A stretch of DNA of 59,686 nt, from NCBI GenBank assembly GCA_964563915.1, contig CAZLYW010000002.1, forward strand, positions 1-59,686. Reading direction: 5' to 3'. Position numbers and translations under genes: made by a program. Below, one piece after another: positions 58,478 to 59,686 of the stretch. The DNA is from an uncultured Candidatus Peribacteria bacterium. Its GTDB lineage: Bacteria; Patescibacteriota; Gracilibacteria; Peribacterales; Peribacteraceae. The notes below the pieces were generated by a model. It did no database searches and had not been told where the DNA came from. It saw only the letters and a program-made list of their open reading frames with translations. Position 1 is the stretch's first letter, and each line of letters begins with the position of its first letter.

Positions 58478-59449
58478 GTGTTCTTCTGGAACTCTGTCCA
58501 ACGGCCCATTGTCGCTCTCGCTCCCATGGCGGGGGTCACTGACGCGTCGTACCGCCAGTTGATCAAACGTATCGCGCCGGAGGTGATCGTCTTCACAGAA
58601 TTCCTCAGCACGGACGCCATCCACTATGGTGCGAAGAAGACACTCGAGATGCTCAATTTTGATTCGACGCTTGAGCGGCCGTTCATCGTCCAGGTGTTCG
58701 GTCATGATCCGGAGCACTTCCTGAGCGCCGCGCGTGTGATCGAAGAACTCGGCGCGGACGGCATCGATATCAACATGGGCTGTCCCGCAGCGCGCGTCGT
58801 CTCCTCCTGTCATGGATCAGCGTTGATACGGGAACCGGATCTCGCAGCCCGGCTGGTCGAAGCCACCGTCAAAGCCGTGAAGATTCCTGTCAGCGTCAAA
58901 ACCCGTCTCGGGTGGGATACGAAGGAGACGCTCATCCCATTCTGCAAACGCCTCGTCGATGCCGGTGCGCATGCTCTCGCGATCCATGGCCGCCGCTTCT
59001 GCGACAAGTTCACGGGGAAGGCGGACTGGGAGCCGATCTACGAACTGAAGCGGAACGTGAACGTTCCTGTACTCGGCAACGGCGACATCGCGAGTGCGGC
59101 GGATGCCCTGGTGAAGATCAAGAATCTGGACGGGGTGATGGTGGGCAGAGGAACCTTCGGAAATCCATGGATGATGCGGGAGGTGGTTGAGGCCCTTCGT
59201 GGGAAGAATAAAGAATTAAGAATTATGAATTATGAACAATTGCGGCCGCTCACGTTTGAACAGAAAATTCCGTGGATTCTCGATCATTGTGCATTGGCAG
59301 TCCGGTTCAAAGGCGAACGGAAGGGGATGCTCGAAATGCGGCGGCACCTTTCCAGTTACGTCAAAGGTTTCGATGGGGCGCGGGAGATGCGGGAAAAACT
59401 CGTGCGCGTCGAAAAATTGGATGAGGTGCGGTCGATTCTGTGCGCGTGA
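58478..59449 (+). CDS. dus: tRNA-dihydrouridine synthase
   Basis: LAPMAGVTDASYR, VQVFG, DINMGCP (catalytic Cys), VSVKTRLGW, HGR, GNGDI, MVGRG..GNPW. GTG start. Confidence 0.9.
   Translation: MFFWNSVQRPIVALAPMAGVTDASYRQLIKRIAPEVIVFTEFLSTDAIHYGAKKTLEMLNFDSTLERPFIVQVFGHDPEHFLSAARVIEELGADGIDINMGCPAARVVSSCHGSALIREPDLAARLVEATVKAVKIPVSVKTRLGWDTKETLIPFCKRLVDAGAHALAIHGRRFCDKFTGKADWEPIYELKRNVNVPVLGNGDIASAADALVKIKNLDGVMVGRGTFGNPWMMREVVEALRGKNKELRIMNYEQLRPLTFEQKIPWILDHCALAVRFKGERKGMLEMRRHLSSYVKGFDGAREMREKLVRVEKLDEVRSILCA
59203..59236 (+). repeat. AT-rich repeat arm read in frame inside dus
   Basis: 59203-59232 is 29/30 identical to the reverse complement of 10795-10824. 59220-59236 is identical to 10758-10774. 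It encodes KNKELRIMNYE. Confidence 0.85.
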
Positions 59450-59454
59450 GTGAG

Positions 59455-59686
59455 TCATTTCACGTCGATCGCGACGAAGCTGCGATTATCGGGCTTCGCT
59501 TCTCCTTTTGGATACCGCTTGTGATTCGTCATTTTCTCCTCCGTTGCGTCCCATACCGCTTTGAGGAGTTCGGAGACGGTCTTGGCAGTTCCCATACGAA
59601 TGATTTCTTCCACCGATAAATTGTCACTGACCCCGTCGCTGTAGAGCAAGACCGCGTCGCCCTGATGGATGTTTGTTGCGGAATAA
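59455..59686 (-). CDS. PP2C-family protein phosphatase, C-terminal fragment (5' end beyond the window)
   Basis: The frame is open to the window edge. ...GDAVLLYSDGVSDNLS.EEI... is the PP2C C-terminal metal-binding motif. Confidence 0.7.
   Translation of the reverse strand, partial: YSATNIHQGDAVLLYSDGVSDNLSVEEIIRMGTAKTVSELLKAVWDATEEKMTNHKRYPKGEAKPDNRSFVAIDVK

Overview
This is a 59.7-kb contig fragment from a GC-rich but compact, uncultivated-type bacterium. It begins with a Tn5/Nextera mosaic-end remnant. The genetic code is standard and UGA is used as a stop. Many neighbouring genes share ATGA or TGATG stop/start overlaps. The gene content and the CPR-style T4SS pilin and PrgI proteins suggest a Patescibacteria/CPR-like lineage, which I cannot verify without a database. 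I call about 65 CDS, 2 tRNAs (Val-CAC, Gly-UCC), three type II toxin-antitoxin pairs (vapBC, hicAB, mntA/hepT), two CIRCE-like operators (hrcA, clpC) and many short repeat elements. Housekeeping genes are gyrA (partial), rpmE, hrcA, glyA, dgkA, a 5-formyl-THF cyclo-ligase, dnaX, dcd, trpS, maf, an RluA-type synthase, proBCA, mgtE, rpsA, clpC and dus. Main points of interest: (i) A roughly 13-kb minus-strand gene string runs proB-proC-proA-mgtE-[shikimate-kinase-like P-loop kinase with an in-frame UGA]-idi-uppS-GHMP kinase-MDD-HMGR-HMGS-thiolase-[DUF35 OB-fold fused to guanylate kinase]. This is an archaeal-style mevalonate pathway with no obvious second GHMP kinase. (ii) A membrane-anchored flagellin N-domain protein has no flagellar context. 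(iii) T4SS-like parts are dispersed: two coupling-protein-like ATPase paralogs, PrgI-like, a VirB4 N-domain-only ORF and a pilin. (iv) Two Cys-rich zinc-ribbon paralogs, one 5'-truncated, flank mntA/hepT. (v) Several families of palindromic elements built from short repeated sequence words fill intergenic spacers. They are also read in frame inside CDS (dus, a T4CP paralog, and the rpmE, gyrA and DUF45 tails). One of them carries a four-helix-bundle (23S-IVS-type) gene in its loop. (vi) A 770-bp gene-free, hairpin-dense convergent spacer remains unassigned. No rRNA, CRISPR array, integrase or transposase was seen.
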